DNA of 64,000 nucleotides from positions 91,884,001 to 91,948,000 of the forward strand of contig OX597822.1 of assembly GCA_951406725.2 (NCBI GenBank). Reading direction: 5' to 3'. Under the pieces are notes generated by a model. That model was not told where the DNA came from, ran no database searches, and saw only the letters and a program-made list of their open reading frames with translations. The number at the start of each line of letters is the position of its first letter. The stretch's first letter is position 1. This document shows, piece after piece, positions 28,300 to 41,277 of this stretch. Both the position numbers and the translations under genes were made by a program. Origin of the DNA: Octopus vulgaris (Eukaryota).

Positions 28300-28965
28300 C
28301 TGTACTTCGCACCAGAGAACAATTATAGGTTATCTGAAGAAAAAACATATTGCTAATGAAAAAAGGTGTGTTTGCAGACATTCGATGAATTTTCAAAATT
28401 CTAGTCGTTCTATTGACGGGTTTATCAATAGAAAGTGCGCTAAATGTAAAAAAAAAAATCTCTTCCCATCAGGAAAGGTACATTTACAGAAAACTCTAAG
28501 CTGCCTATTATACGTATGTAATATTTCATTTAGTGTTTTATTTTATTTTCAAATTGCCTGTGACGATATCTGCAAATATGAATTGCATTGATATAAAAAC
28601 TGCCGTTCAGTGGTACCAGTTCTGTGATGTTTGTTCGGAAAAACTGCTGCAGGACAAAACTCCCTTTGGTGGTCCAGATCATATAGTAGAAATCGATGAA
28701 AGCTTGTTCTTCAATAGCAAGAACAATGTAGGAAGAATGTATCGCAAAACTTGGGTTGTTGGATGTTATGACACCATAGCCAGAAAAGGATTTCTTTACC
28801 GTGTACCCGATAGAAGTACAGACGTTGGAGAATGTTATCAGACAAAACGTTTTTCTAGGAACTACTGTTATGACTGAAAATTTGGCAAGCTATTGTAATC
28901 TCCACATACTCTGTTACATTCACCATACGGTAAATCATTCCCCAAATTTCATAGATCGGTCACCG
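28300..28965 (+). pseudogene. Merlin / IS1595-like transposase B, frameshifted and 3'-truncated
   Basis: CVCRHSM...DGFINRKCAKC..IRKGTF..NSKL; GGPDHIVEIDESLF; KTWVVG; HHTVNHSPNFID. Confidence 0.8.
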
Positions 28966-29153
28966 GGGTATGTACAAATCGGTGGAGGTAAAGATCATGG
29001 AACGCACTCCATTTCGGATATTTTTTTTGGTCTTATTTTACATGAACACAACTATATCGAGAGCAGAGATTCCGAATCTTCAAAAAAATCTGCATTTCAA
29101 AATTTATGTTGTACAGGCCAAAAAAAATAATAAAATATATATATGCCTAAATG

Positions 29154-29219
<66 letters not shown>

Positions 29220-30089
29220 AATGGCAAAACACACCTTTACTCACTTGCTCTCTCTCTACAAGAAATCGAAGAGTACTTGTTACTCGCTTAACATTTCGGC
29301 GCGAAAATTTGCTAAAGGACAAAACTGTTTTGCTGCTTAGGTCTTATATATCCTGGGATCTATATATATATCCAGTCATTTTAGTAGGTATGTAAAAGAT
29401 ATTGTTTTAATACACCTTGACTTGTTTCACACAAACACTAACATGTTTTTTTTTGTTTTATTTTGTCCAGATATCGTTACCACTTTGTTTATTATTATGT
29501 TTTCAAAGTTCTTTGATTTTTCAATGTAATTCACACTCTATAAAATGTATTTCTGCAAAATGTCATCTTAACACTAAAGATAACCAAATTTCAGTTAACA
29601 GTTCAACAGCACTTTTCTCACGATAAAACAATAGTTTTTCTCTGACAGTAGTTAAATTTGCCAGATGCCTTAGTTGAGCAAATTAATGTCTTCACCACTT
29701 GACCCTCTTAACCTCTTCTATTTCACCAATAGCGAGAATAGATATCACAGACCTCCAACGAATTCTATTGTTGGAGAAGCAAGTTGGTGAAAACGCAGTG
29801 ACAGCGACCATTAGGGACAGAGGGAGAAAGGTTATGAGACACAACATGCCTCGACTCCCTTTTACTAGCTCAATTTCTTTTCTCTTACATCATTCTATCT
29901 TTATCTGTGGGTTACTAACTACGAGAACGTGTGCACACATACAGAACGAAATTAACTTGTCTTGTTACCTTGCATGCTTTTCCATTTACTAATTATACAT
30001 TCCAACCCGTCGTGGTTTTGGGTATATACAATGCAACGGTAAATAAATAACCTTTTCTAACCTAAACATTAACCCCTACATCTTGACCC

Positions 30090-30400
30090 GCAAAATTCGG
30101 ATCTTGTGAATTTTCCGAAGTCCTCTCCCCACCCTCTTGGAAAAGATTTCCTCCCACAAATTTCTTTATAAACGTAATATATGCCATTTGAAAGGTATTT
30201 CTATAAAATTTCACGGAAAAAAACCCCCGTCGTTTTCCTAAAAGTTACGAGGGAAAAGCTCGGATCTGGTGAATTTATCTGAAGTCCTCTCCTCACCCCG
30301 TTGGAAAAGATTTTCCCCACAAATTTCTTTAGAATCATAATGTATGCCGTTTGAAAGGTTAAAATTTTCGAGTAGCACCCGCACGATAAAATTTTACCGT
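30090..30400 (+). repeat. Two ~165-bp tandem units
   Basis: CGGATCT.GTGAATTT...GAAGTCCTCTCC.CACCC..TTGGAAAAGATTT...CCACAAATTTCTTTA...TTTGAAAGGT twice. Confidence 0.75.
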
Positions 30401-30927
30401 TTTTTTTTTTTCTGTTTTTGTTAACGGGTGAAGATCTTTATGTTAACCCAGTATTCTATCAAGATTTAAGGTTTAACGTGACATCTAAGAAATTAACGAT
30501 TTTAGTTCCTTGTTTGAAAGTTAAGTCAAGGTTAAAGTTATGGAAGAATTTTCTAAATATTGAAACAAAAATAAAAGATCTTTTTATTTTTAATATTCAA
30601 TGCACCAGACACTGTTATGAATACACATATATGTGTGTGTGTGCGTGCGTATATATGTATTGTGTATGTTTATGTATATATGTGTGTGTGTGTATATATA
30701 TATATATGCATGCGTATATACATGCGTGTACTATGTATATGTATGTATTTATGTATGTTTTTGAATGTCTATTTATGTGTGAGTATAAGGGCATGAGTAT
30801 ACACACAGAAGGTTCTCAATGTATCTTATTTCTTTTCTTTTTCTTTTCCCCTTTGTTACTGTCCATGAACTCTGTTTCAAATATTTTTCTTTCTCTCCTC
30901 TCCTCCTACCACTTGTGCATCTTATTC

Positions 30928-31288
30928 CTTTATTTCAAACTCCACCTGTCTAACACCCGTGGACATGTTTACAAAGTCAGAAAACAACACAGCTCCCATG
31001 ACTTTAGGAAACATTTTTTCACGCTAAGAGTTGCTGAAGCATAGAACAAACTGCCGGCATCAGTTGTTAGTTGTCGGAGCACTGCATCCTTCAAAACTTC
31101 CATGCTTCCTGAGATTCGCCAACACTACACCTCATTTTCTCCCCTCCATACACACGCAAGCATGTATCTGACTCATTCACTGTTCACTTCTCAGACATTT
31201 GTACATTACTGCATATACTTTATACGCACTTTTGACAAGTTGTGGTGCACCTGAGCACTGTATACAATAATTTCATTATTATTATTAT
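30928..31288 (+). mobile_element. CR1/L2-group LINE 3' end
   Basis: NTRGHVYKVRKQHSSHDFRKHFFTLRVAEA.NKLPASVV...SFK; (ATT)n tail. Confidence 0.8.
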
Positions 31289-31325
31289 TTTAACTAGCAA
31301 CAACAAACGTTGTGTATAGAAACAT

Positions 31326-32345
31326 TAACCTTTGGTCTACTAGAGAAAATGTATGTCACTAATTATTAGCAGGGTCCAATGGACCCAATATTTTTCCTTC
31401 AATTAAACTACCACTTGCAGCGTGAAAGGTGTTTGTAAGCCATTTAAGAAACACACAAAAGCCGTTCGATTCACTTCAACATTTAAGTTTAATTTGTCAA
31501 AATATTTTCGTGGCTTTAAGACCGCGACCTGTTCACTGACAAAAATCTCAGATTTTTGTCAGTGAACAAAATATTTTCGTCGCTTTAAGACAGGTCGCGG
31601 TCTTAAAGCGACGAAAATATTTTGACAAATTAAACTTAAATGTTGAAGTGAATCGAACGGCTTTTGTGTGTTTCTTAAATGGCTTACAAACACCTTCCAC
31701 GCTGCAATTGTTTTCGTTTCAGCACACGATTTCAGATCAAATCACTTGCTATGCAAGTACATCTCCGTAAACTACCACTATTTCTTAGCCACATAATAGA
31801 TGCTATCAGGTGAATAAAGAATTACTGTTTCTCACAAATTTTTATTAAAAAATACAGCTTAGTGAATATATTATAATTTTTTAAAATTACGAAAGTACAG
31901 AATTACAGTTCTTCATGGCAGTGAATGCAGACAACATTGGAATGTTCTTGGCAAACATGGATATACAATTCTTACATGTAGTATGAGTTCTATCTCTTGG
32001 GGGGCCACACAAAGAACATTTTCCTTTTTTCTTTGGCTGAGGAATCTCAAAAGAGGTTGAAGATCGTCTTCTTTTCTTGTTTGGTCGAGAAATGTTAGCA
32101 GAACTAGAAGATTTGTCATATTCTTGTTGAGCATTCTGCAGGAGAATATCCAATATCTTCTTTGATAGAAGAGCAGAAACCCAAGAGAATAGGAAAAAAT
32201 TCAATCCATCGAGATGAATCAGCAGAAGCACTCAACGTAGCTTTAAGCTGTCAGTGAAATCTATCGATCATACCATCTTATCTAGGGTACTTACTCTCTT
32301 TTGTTGTAACATGTAATAAATTCAGGTTTCTTTTCAGCTCATTTT
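31326..32345 (-). mobile_element. piggyBac transposon 3' remnant with insertions
   Basis: TTAA-CCT terminus near 31326; Cys-rich C-terminus KKGKCSLC...TTCKNC..HVCQEHSNVVCIHC; KKPEFITCYNK..STLDKM at 32275-32340. Confidence 0.65.
31415..31767. mobile_element. Penelope-type inverted tail insertion (~290-bp palindrome) with hammerhead-like motif
   Basis: Arms 31415-31548 and 31550-31707; 12-bp TSD TAAACTACCACT at 31404-31415 and 31768-31779. Confidence 0.75.
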
Positions 32346-32369
32346 GAATCAATTGAAGGCTGAGATCTG

Positions 32370-35300
32370 TTAAAAATATTTTTATTCATTGGTTATCAAT
32401 GAAACATAATCAAAATGTATAATCTAGTTGAAGTAATCTATGCAAGAAGGTTCGGAAATGTAGAAATAACAGCTAAGTAGCATAGAAAAATAGACAGGGA
32501 TAGCAATGACATGAATGGCTCAGAGTCTAGTCAACTAAGAAACAAAGAGCAGTTTTTATTAATGGAACACTAAACATTTCTAGAAACTTCCAAGAGAAAC
32601 GCGAAGCTTCTTGAATAATTAAGAATTACTTCTCATGATGCAGATGTTTTGAGAAACTTACTGAAGGGAGATTACTCTATAAAACTTTCTGCAAGATAGA
32701 TCATTCGACTATTTTTGCTACAGACCACAGGTTACTACACACTCCCTAGGCAGAATTAACGTTACACAGTAATGGAAATAACAAATGTATGCATCATAAA
32801 ATGTCAAACTATAGGAACAATATCACAGTTCAAATGTAATAAATGTTGGTTAAATTTTGGGGCTAATACACATGTCTACTGCTTTTGCTAGTCCAAGTTT
32901 GTGAATTTGTGTGTAAAGGACACATTTGTAATGTTGTGTGTGTGTTGTCTTTAGTGGGGTTGGAAATAGTTTTTTCAATGTGAGCCCTTTTTTAGTCTAT
33001 CAACAGAAATAGTATTTTTACGACGATTAATGTCTAAAGTGAAAACTTTATCTGTACAAGAAAGCACAGAAAAGGGTCCTGAATATGGTGCTGTTAAAGG
33101 ATGTTTAACAGCATCGTTGCAGACAAAAACATGAGCTCAGGAAGAATAGTCCTTAGGCAAATATGTTTTAATGTCTTGTTTTCTGGTGTTCATATGTGGT
33201 AACTTTGATATATAATCACACAAGCATTCAATGAAATTTGTAGTGTAGCTATCTTGCATGATTGCAGGAACAATCCTCTGACCAGGCAGCATCAAGGAAG
33301 AACCGTAAAGTAATTCTGCAGGAGAATATCCAATATCTTCTTTGATAGAAGAGCGGAGACCCAAAGGAACAATAGGAAGAAATTCAATCCATCGAGATGA
33401 ATCAGCAGAAGCACACAACGCAGCCTTAAGCTGCCAGTGAAATCTTTCGATCATACCATTCAAAGCTGGGTGGTAACTAGTGGAATGGATGTGTTTAGTT
33501 CCTAGAAAAGTTTAGCTTCAAACTGACGTCTGCGATCTGTTGTTATTTTTACAGGTGTTCCAAAATGAGAAATCCATCCTGTGACTAAAGCTTGTGCCAC
33601 AGTTTGAAAAGAGATATCTGTGAGTGGAATAACAGTGTGAAAAACGACCAATTCAAGTTAATAAAAACATGTAGCCCAGATTCGCAGGCCAAGGTCCTAC
33701 TATATCAACATGTATGTGCTGGAATCGTGCATCTAGAGTGGCAAAAGTACCTAACAGTGCACAGATTTTGGACAATCGACACAGGTACGAGTCCAATTAG
33801 TTATGTCTCGGTGCATGTTCGATCAAACGGAATGAACTGTAATAAGCTTCAATGTTGCTGTTATACCTAGATGTGAAATATTGTGTAGTGCTGAGAAAAC
33901 GATATGGCAGTGCTTTTTGGGAACTAAAGGGTGAGGTTTATCAGAAGAATACTTGCAAAGGATCTGTTTGTTTGATGTCGCAACTGGGAAAAATTGGAGG
34001 TCAAAAGGAATTAGTTCTGTTTGTTATATATTATTCAAATCAACGGATGGTTGATCTGACATTTCATTCAAGTTAATGTCTGCAGTTGAAAATAATGCGT
34101 TTACAGGTAAATGGGATAAAGAATCTGCAACAATGTTTTCAGAGCCTGGAATGTATCGTATATCACTCATGAATTGTGAAATGTAATCCAAATGTCGAAT
34201 GTCTCTCGGAGAAAATTTATCTGGTTTGCAGTGTAAAGCGAAAAATAATGGCTTATGGGCTTATGGTCCGTAAATATTGGGAAGTTTCTCCCTTCCAAAA
34301 TGTGTTGGAAGTGAGAGGTAAATAGCTAACAGTTCATGACTGAATGCACTATATTTAGTTTCAGCTGGTTTTAACTGCTTAGAGAAAAATGCCAGAGGTT
34401 GCCATTTGCCATGGTGGAGTTGTTGAATGACTTCACCGACACCAGTTTTAGACACATCGACTACAAGAGAAATTTCGGCATCAGGAATGGGGTGAGCTAA
34501 CATGGAAACACGAGAGAGTTTCTGTTTAATATTGTTGAAAGCTTGTATTTCAGCAGGAGTTAAAGTAATATTTTCTGTTTTCTTCTTGCGATTTCGCAGT
34601 AATTTGTTGAGAGGGTATAAAGTTTCAGAACAATGGGGTATAAAACGTCGATAAAAATTAGCTAATCCAATAAATTGTCTGAGCTGTCTTAATGGAAGAG
34701 GAACTGGCAAAGGCCTAATTCCATCCTTATCAATGGTGTGTTCAAGGAAAATGAGAGAAAGGCACACCGAAAATACATTTGGTAGCATTGATATAAAGTT
34801 TGTATTGAGAAAACCTTTCAAAAAGTTGCTTCGTATGAATCTCCTGTTCTTTCTCAGAAGAACTAGCGATGAGAATATCATAAATATAGGCGTAGACAAA
34901 ATTTAATTTGCATATTACTTCATCAATGAAATGCTGAAAAGTACTGGCGGCGTTCCTTAACCCAAACGGGCATGGTAAGAAATTCAAATGACCTGAATGG
35001 AGTTGCAATAGCCATTTTCGGAATATCATCTGGGTTCACAGGAATCTGATGGTGTGTGCATATCAAATCTATTTTTGATCTGCCTGATCACTCTTTATCA
35101 ATAAAGCTACAATCTCCAGCTCGGAACCACTTCCGTACAGTTCTTTCGGATAAAGAAACATCACCGTTAAACTGCGCATATTTCTTTCGTTACTTGTAAG
35201 GCATGTTTCCCTTTACGGTAAAAGAAAAGCATCAAGTGCCAAAAATGAACTTTCTTATCTTCCATTTTAAAGGGTTACAGAATTAACACAGGTTATAGGA

Positions 35301-35920
35301 ACATAAGCCTTCTTCCACGAAAAGATAGCTTAAACTATGCTCTAAATGGAAGTGTAGTGAAATCCTATTTTATGGACTCAAGCATGTTCTAAAATAAGTT
35401 GAAAGGTAAGCTACTATAAATCAGCACGAACTTTCCAGACAACCCAATAAAATGTAGAGCTGTTGTTGGTCTGAATTGTGTTTGTTTGCTGAGAAAATGC
35501 TTCTAAGTGTACAAACCAGATAGCGATATCTCCAGCAAAAATTGATATTACTGTATTCATAACAGATATCATCATTGTATGAGTTGAAGATAATTCAGTT
35601 GAAGAAAATTGACATGGAAATTGACATTAGAATATAACTAAATTATTCTCTCATTGGTTGGTTACCAATTTATGTGGTGACCAATTATTCTCTAGAGTAG
35701 AATTCAGGATCCACATCGGTTAGTCACCAATTTATGTAGTGAGAATATATGTTCAGTATCAAGTATTGAAATGGCTTTGTGTATATCATTAGAAGAATTC
35801 TTACAAAGAAGAAGAATAAATTTGAAGAACTATATATTTACTACATAAAAATAAATTTTATTCGTTGGTTGTTGATGAAACATAATCAAAATATCAGTAT
35901 ATGATTTGAAATAATAATTG
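32370..35920 (-). mobile_element. Gypsy LTR retrotransposon, heavily decayed
   Basis: RT PFGLRNAASTFQ..YAYIYDILIAS; LRQFIGLANFYRRFIP; RNase H DVSKTGVG..WQPLAFFSK; integrase NGMIERFH; PBS TGGTGAC near 35728; PPT-like AGGGAGTG|TGTAGT near 32739; partial LTR match 32380 vs 35857. Confidence 0.85.
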
Positions 35921-36593
35921 AAGGTATTAATTTTGATAATTTTAATATTTAGTCCTATATGTACCTATTGTGGATAATGTCATTCAATGATGATTGAGTT
36001 GCGTGAGGGTGATTCTGTCTCTAAAACCTATCTCTCTCTCTCTACATATATATTATTATTTAAATGAACGCCATGCATCCATTTCCAAGTAAGTTTATCT
36101 TAACCTTTTTGATGCAACTCTACTCTATACTGTTTTCTACCCCATCCTTTTCTAATTCCTTTTTTTCCCCTTTACCATTTTCTAGCTGTCTCTCTCTCCC
36201 CTCTTTCTTTTTTCTCTCTCTCATTGCTCACATGTGACCATTGTCCATCTTTCTTTTCCTACATGATGTTCTAAGGACTGAACGTCTTTTCTCTCTGTCC
36301 TCTATCTCTTCTCTTTTCAAAGAAAATATTTCTCCCAGCGTTCACTATCTTCCCCTCGTTCTGGTCTAATGACCTTCCATGTTTGTTTTTGTTCCCAACT
36401 TTGACCCTCCATAAATCAAAAATTTTATGTTAGATGTTATGGGAGCAACTGTCTTCGAAGACTCATAATGTCGTTCAGTGCTCGAAATGAGGAGTAGAGA
36501 GACAGCCGACAACTAATGAAGAGTTGTTCTTTGTGTTACTTGTCCTGTTTTCCTTTATGTTGTTTACACTTGGTGACGTCCTGTATCCATATA

Positions 36594-36643
<50 letters not shown>

Positions 36644-36653
36644 TAAGTACACC

Positions 36654-36698
<45 letters not shown>

Positions 36699-36877
36699 TC
36701 ATCATGATCATCATCGTTTAACGTCCGCTTTCCATGCTAGCATGGGTTGGATGATTTTGATTGAGGGCTGGCGAACCAGATGGTTGCACCAGGCTCCAAT
36801 CTTGATTTGGCAGAGTTTCTACAGCTGGATGCCCTTCCTAACGCCAACAACTACGAGAGTGTAGTGGGTGCTTTTTA

Positions 36878-36937
<60 letters not shown>

Positions 36938-36960
36938 GAACCAACAGCAAAAGGGAAGGA

Positions 36961-37774
36961 GGGGGAAAATGAATAGAAGGCGAAAGAGAAGAATCAGAAG
37001 AAGTAGAAGGAAAACAAGAAGAAGCTGGGGTGTGTCAACCGCTACTGGTAGGGCCATTCATCCGATGGAATACTATGTATTTAACCACACAGTGACATTA
37101 GTCTGCAACAACATAAAGTGAAAAGATCTATTACATAGATAACTAGACAATTGTTTGGAGTCAAAGGATGAGTATATTAAAGATGTATGTCGTGGTGAGA
37201 CCTAAAATTTATGACCTTAGAAGTCCAAGTAGTAATAGTAAAGGACAAACTTACAAAGAAAAATGTACACATAGATAGACACACACACGTATATATACTC
37301 GGGGAAGCAGACACACCTACACACATACACAGAAACCCACATACACACACCTACACACGTATGTATATATACATGTGTGGGTATGTGTGAGTGCGTGCGA
37401 GTATCTGTGTATGTATGTGTGGGTGTGTCTGCATCCCCCCTGAATATACATACATGTATGTGTATCTATGTGTACATTCCTGTATGTATGTTTGTCTTTT
37501 ACTACTTGTACCTCTCTCCCAGTGATGAAACACTCTAAGTTCATAAATTTTAGGTCCCCCCACAACATACATCTTTAATATTCTCATCCTTTGACTCCGG
37601 ACAATTGTCTAGTTATCTATGTAATAGATCTTTTCATTTTAATGTGCGCAGTCTAATGTTACTGTGCAGATAAATACATAGTATTCCATGGTATGAATGG
37701 GACCCCAGCTTCTTCTTCCTTTCCTTCCACTTTTTCTGATTATTCTCTTTCACCTTCTGCTATTTGTTTCTCCC
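36961..37774. repeat. ~810-bp imperfect palindrome
   Basis: e.g. GAAAAGATCTATTACATAGATAACTAGACAATTGT versus ACAATTGTCTAGTTATCTATGTAATAGATCTTTTC; (CA)/(TG) centre. Confidence 0.85.
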
Positions 37775-38624
37775 TATTTTTAAACATTTCCACAGCAACA
37801 AGATCTGATAAAGGCGCAATATAATAGCTTGACTTTGATGCAAGACTGAAGAAGTCTCACTCCAATGTCCCAAATATTACATAATTTTTCTTTTAGAATT
37901 TTTGCATAAACTGGCGTTGCAAATAGAGATGGTACGGAAACATGTGTAACTCATATTTGAAGTTGCGTTAAAGAATTTTCTTTGACTTATTCTTTTCATT
38001 GTATATGTGTGTGTGTGTGTGTGTGATATGTACATATGATCTATGTATATATGATACATATATGTATATCATATGTATCATACGTGTATATATCATATAT
38101 AGTCCAACCCATAATCATATTTAAGAGCAGATGTACAGGAGTATGAAAATAATGGAAATAATTCTTCACAGTATATCAGATAAATATCTTTTCTTCTGTG
38201 GATCACATCCAAGAGACACGGGAATTAGAAATGTGAAAAACATCAAAAAGAAAATAGTCAAAGTGATATATACATACTTACAGACCTACATAAACACACA
38301 CAAATGTATATATTTATGTACTTATACATGGGTAGTGGGTAGCAAATTTCTTCACTACTTCAGGGAGTGACGACCCTGCCTGACACGAGTCCCTGACTCA
38401 GCTGCCTTTGGCTGACAGTACCCGGTATGGGCCCCTATCCAGGGTTACGGAAAGGAGACAACCTTCAAAGAAATCCTAGGTGGAGCTCTGAAGACGGCTT
38501 AGTGTTTGACTCAACACTCTTCCGGCAGCTCCTGCAACCAAGCTGGTGCCAAATGTAATGCTCTGCACTCCTTAGGACTACATAAGCAAGGTCGAGAGAG
38601 GAATCCTGACAATTAGGCTACCCA

Positions 38625-39612
38625 GGGTGACTGTGGTGATTGTAACAATTACTGTGGAATATCTCTTCTAAGCACTGTTGGAAAGACCTTTGCTCGCGTT
38701 ATCCTGTCCAGGCTACAACTGCTTGCTTCTCGAATTTATCCAGAATTGCAGTGTGGCTTTAGAAGAAGCAGATCAACTATTGACATGATATTCTCCATAT
38801 GCCAACTTCAGGAGAAGTCCAGACAGCAGAAAATGCCATTATATATGGCCTTCATTGATCTGACAAAGGCCTTTGACATGGTAAGTAGAAAAGGCCTCTT
38901 CATCATGCTCCAAAAAATTGAATGTCCACCAAAGCTACTGAGGATCATCAAATCTTTCCATGATGATATGCAAGGCACCATACAACACAATGGTTCAACA
39001 TCAGCTGCCTTCCAAATAAAAAACGGGGTAAAGCAAGGCTGTGTCCTTGCTCCTACATTATTTGGTATCTTCTCGCTGCTGCTGTCACATGCCTTTCAGA
39101 CATCAGGTGATGGAGTGTTTCTGCACAGTAAAAGTGATGGGAAACTGTTCAATCTCTCGTGTTTGCGTGCCAAGACCAAAACCAGAAGCGTCCTGATCAA
39201 GGAGATGCTATTTGCTAATGATGCCGCTCTGGTATCACACACAGAGGAAGCCCTGCAAAGGCTCATCAACTGTTTTGAGCAAGCATGTGGTGACTTTGGC
39301 TTAGTTATAAGCCTCAAGAAGACAAACATCGTGGGTCAGGCTACATCGGACATCCCAAACATACATATTGGAGACCACAGACTACAGGAGGTGGAGAAGT
39401 TTACCTATCTTGGCTCTGCCATCACCTACAACCTATCCCTTGATGCTGAGCTCAATATACGCATTGGCAAGGCAGCTGCTGTGATGGCCCAACTCTCCAA
39501 ATGGGCATGGGACAACAATAAGCTGACCAAGATCACAAAAATGAAGATTTACCAGGCATGTGTACTTAGCACTCTCCTGTATGGAAGTGATACTTGGACA
39601 CCATACATGTAA
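38625..39612 (+). mobile_element. RTE/BovB-like LINE reverse transcriptase, pseudogene
   Basis: DCNNYCGISLLS, QCGFRRSRST, FIDLTKAFD, GVKQGCVLAPTLF, LFAND (decayed FADD), FTYLGS. Confidence 0.92.
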
Positions 39613-39986
39613 GAAGTGATTTTAATGATTTCAATAAATTATATTATGACTTTTATAATTTGTACTCTTATCTTATATGTACTGAATTATAAGATGTATA
39701 TGTATGCTATTGAGGTTCTCATTTTGTTAAGTGAATAAATAATCCAACATTATAATATCTGAAAGTTGATGAACAAACTAAATTTGTTTCTCCATTTTCT
39801 TATTTGTATTATAAATTTACGGTAAAAATATTTCTTTACCTTCACCCATTTGATACAATAAATGAGTTAATTGTATTGCAATTAAAAACATTTATGTATT
39901 AAGAATCTAGGTATTTTACCAACAGTATATTGGATAAATACTATCCCATAGTGGGTTACACCCATAATCCGTATCTTACTTTGTAC

Positions 39987-40031
<45 letters not shown>

Positions 40032-40123
40032 ATCTGTGTGTGTATATATATAAATATATATATATATATGTATGTATATATGTGTGTGTGTATATATATA
40101 TGTGTGTATATATATAAGTATGT

Positions 40124-40435
40124 GGAGGCGCAATAGCCCAGTGGTTAGGGCAGCGGACTTGCGGTCGTAGGATCGCAGTTTCGATTCCTAGACCGGGCGT
40201 TGTGAGTGTTTATTGAGCGAAAACACCTTAAGCTCTACGAAGCTCCGGCAGGGGGTGGTGGCGATCCCTGCTGTACTCTTTCGCCACAACTTTCTCTCAC
40301 TCTTTCCTGTATTGGCCTGCTCGCTTAGCCAGCGGGGTGGCGTCATTTGAAGGCTAAAACTATGTGAAGCGCATTGTGACCAGCGATGTGTAGCAACATC
40401 TGATAGCCTGGTCGGTCACGGTGATCACGGTGATA
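40124..40435 (+). mobile_element. tRNA-derived SINE family C
   Basis: A box TAGCCCAGTGG, B box GTTTCGATTCC, tail (CACGGTGAT)2, inserted in (TA)n. Confidence 0.75.
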
Positions 40436-41052
40436 TATATAAATATATATATATATACATATATTAGGATGGTAACGATTAATTTAATTTTAATAATTAA
40501 CTTTTGAGAAATTAATGATTAACTAATAGTTAATTTTGATTAAAGCACAAAAATGTCTGCAGTTGCATTTATTGACAAGTTTATGATATTTCAGTTAAAA
40601 TTTAGTTAAAAACAAGAAATAGCATAGGTTTTTTTCTCACTCAAATGTTGCTGGAAAGCCAGTTACACAAACACACAAGCATGTTAACAGTATTTGGTTC
40701 AAGTGATGAGCACATCTTGTTAAAAATGTAACCAGCAGAGCTAAATAATCATTCACACGGAACAAAGGCAGCTGCTATGCACAGAACAGTCTTTGCAAAC
40801 AATGCCAATTTTGGATTTTGATGTCCATTAAGTTTACACCATTGTAGTGGATCAACTGATTCAGCAACTTTTTTCTCCATTATATATTGCTGTACTTCAT
40901 CAAAAGCGTTTTCGACACCTTCTCCTAAGTCTGAGTCAGACTCCATCGGCTTAATACGCTTTTCATTAGGTTTTCATATAGTTTTATTGACACTTTTCAA
41001 TAAAGTATCATCTTTTGCATTAGTCTTCAGCCGATTATCATTAACATCAACT

Positions 41053-41277
41053 GAGCTGGCAGAATCGTTAGCACGCCGGCCGAAATGCTTAGCGGTATTT
41101 CGTCTGCCGCTACGTTCTGAGTTCAAATTCCACCGAGGTCGACTTTGCCTTTCATCCTTTCGGGGTCGATTAAATAAGTACCAGTTACGCACTGGGATCG
41201 GTATAATCAACTTAATCCATTTGTCTGTCCTTGTTTGTCCTCTCTGTGTTTAGCCCCTTGTGGGTAGTAAAGAAATT
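41053..41277 (+). mobile_element. SINE family A
   Basis: Matches 17538-17769. Confidence 0.9.

Larger units (their letters stand above)
24033..29571. mobile_element. TTAA-bounded element with long inverted ends enclosing two Merlin-like transposases
   Basis: 24033-24428 is the inverse of 29213-29571; both outer ends read TTAA-GATGACATTTTGCAGAAATAC. Confidence 0.7.

Noticed and set aside
36440-36590. Possible ribozyme in a Penelope-like tail (CTAATGAAGAG)
   Set aside because: No GAAA after the putative helix II; cannot be supported
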